Shown: positions 6,169 through 7,095 of the stretch, in pieces
Layout of the letters: each line of letters starts with the position of its first letter
Position numbering within the stretch: position 1 is the first letter of the stretch
Assembly: GCF_000143415.4 (NCBI RefSeq)
Contig: NW_003314672.1
Location: 1-7,095, forward strand
Direction: 5' to 3'
DNA: 7,095 bases
Source: Selaginella moellendorffii
Taxonomy: Eukaryota; Plantae; Lycopodiophyta
Notes under the pieces: model-generated
Seen by the model: the letters and a program-made list of their open reading frames with translations, nothing else
Databases searched by the model: none
What the model was told of the DNA's origin: nothing
Program-made: the position numbers and the translations under genes

Positions 6169-7095
6169 ACAAAATTGCTCTCCATAGCACTATGTTCTCA
6201 CCCCTTGTTCTTGTTGGGCATGGCAAAAGAACCAAATTGCACATTATCACCATTCTGCCCATGACATCGGCCATTGCTATGGGCATGAAGCCCGATCCCT
6301 TCTCATACTGTTATCCTATATGTACCAATAAGACACTGACACGTGTCCTCTTTTTCTACTACTACCCTTTTTCTTCTAGTGCACGCCATATTGTCTTGAA
6401 GTAACAAAAGTGACAAACCACCAGAGATCTGCAAAAGCCTATCGAACGCATCCGCCCACCAAATCTTTTGTTCTGTGAGTTGATGAAAAGAAGTTACGAC
6501 CTTCTCCCTGCCATAGCATTAAAAGTTACACATGCATGCGAACTTTTAGACCAGACAAGTCCTCTTGTGTGTTTCTAGGCTACTCTCTTCAAATCATGCG
6601 CTAGAAGAACAATCATGTCCAATGTGGTTCATATAGCCTCCGTCTGCACGATCGTCCCAGCGATTCCAACGCGCCAGCCTTGTACTCTCTGGCTTTGCAA
6701 CTTTCAGATCCAGCTCCTGTCCGAGAACTATCTCAAGCAAGTCTACTATTTCCCAGAAGCAGTGGATTCGTCACCAGGCTCCTTCGATCGATTGGTGACG
6801 AGCTTAAAAGTATCCTTGTCTCAGGTTCTCGTTCCATACTACCCAATAGCGGGGAGGCCCCGGATCGCCGGTCTCGACCGCCCGGTTCTCGAGTGCAACG
6901 ACCAAGGCGTCGAATTTGTGGTGGCATTTGCCAATGCGAGCTTCCACGACTGGGGCGATTCCATGAAGCACTGCTCAATCGAGCATGAGCTCAACCCGGC
7001 ACAGACCGAGATCACGGATCACGAGAACTTCCCACAGCTCAAAGTCCAGGCAAGTCCGGAGACTTTACGTTGACCTGTTCTGACCGTGTTGCAGT
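6169..7095 (+). repeat. Copy 2 of the direct duplication, beginning 14 nt after the BAHD-B stop codon and running off the window
   Basis: acaaaattgc...tccatagca...gggcatggcaaaagaaccaaattgcacattatcac etc., shared with 531 onward. Confidence 0.95.
6615..7095 (+). CDS. BAHD gene C (recent duplicate of A): exon 1 at 6615-7049, GC-AG intron from 7050 to about 7094, truncated by window end
   Basis: 432 of 435 nt identical to exon 1 of A by eye comparison, with the same CAG|GCAAGT donor. Confidence 0.85.

Noticed and set aside
7086-7095. Gene C acceptor reads GTGTTGCAGT rather than GTGTTTGCAGGT, suggesting a frameshift
   Set aside because: These are the last bases of the window and may be a low-quality sequence end, so this cannot be evaluated.

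Overview
Eukaryotic, almost certainly land-plant, genomic DNA. The very short introns, GC-rich CDS and dense packing suggest a Selaginella-like compact genome, but that is inference only. The window is a recently rearranged cluster of BAHD acyltransferase-family genes, each with a non-canonical GC-AG intron at the family's conserved phase-0 'Q' position. BAHD-A (1057-2419/2469, +) keeps HXXXD but has lost DFGWG and has a C-terminal frameshift. BAHD-B (4610-6154, +) is an intact 488-aa ORF with DFGWG, but its catalytic His is replaced by Glu. BAHD-C (6615 to window end) is a near-identical copy of A. Between A and B lie two copies of a small two-exon minus-strand gene ('X') that I do not recognise and that the ORF track shows only as fragments. 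X is built on a 12-bp/4-aa repeat (TGMI-EGPV-xRxI) flanked by hydrophobic segments. Each X copy sits head-to-head with a BAHD-B-type start: X1 is intact next to a dead B remnant, and X2 is frameshifted next to intact B. Overall layout: A> <X1 B'remnant> <X2(pseudo) B> C>.
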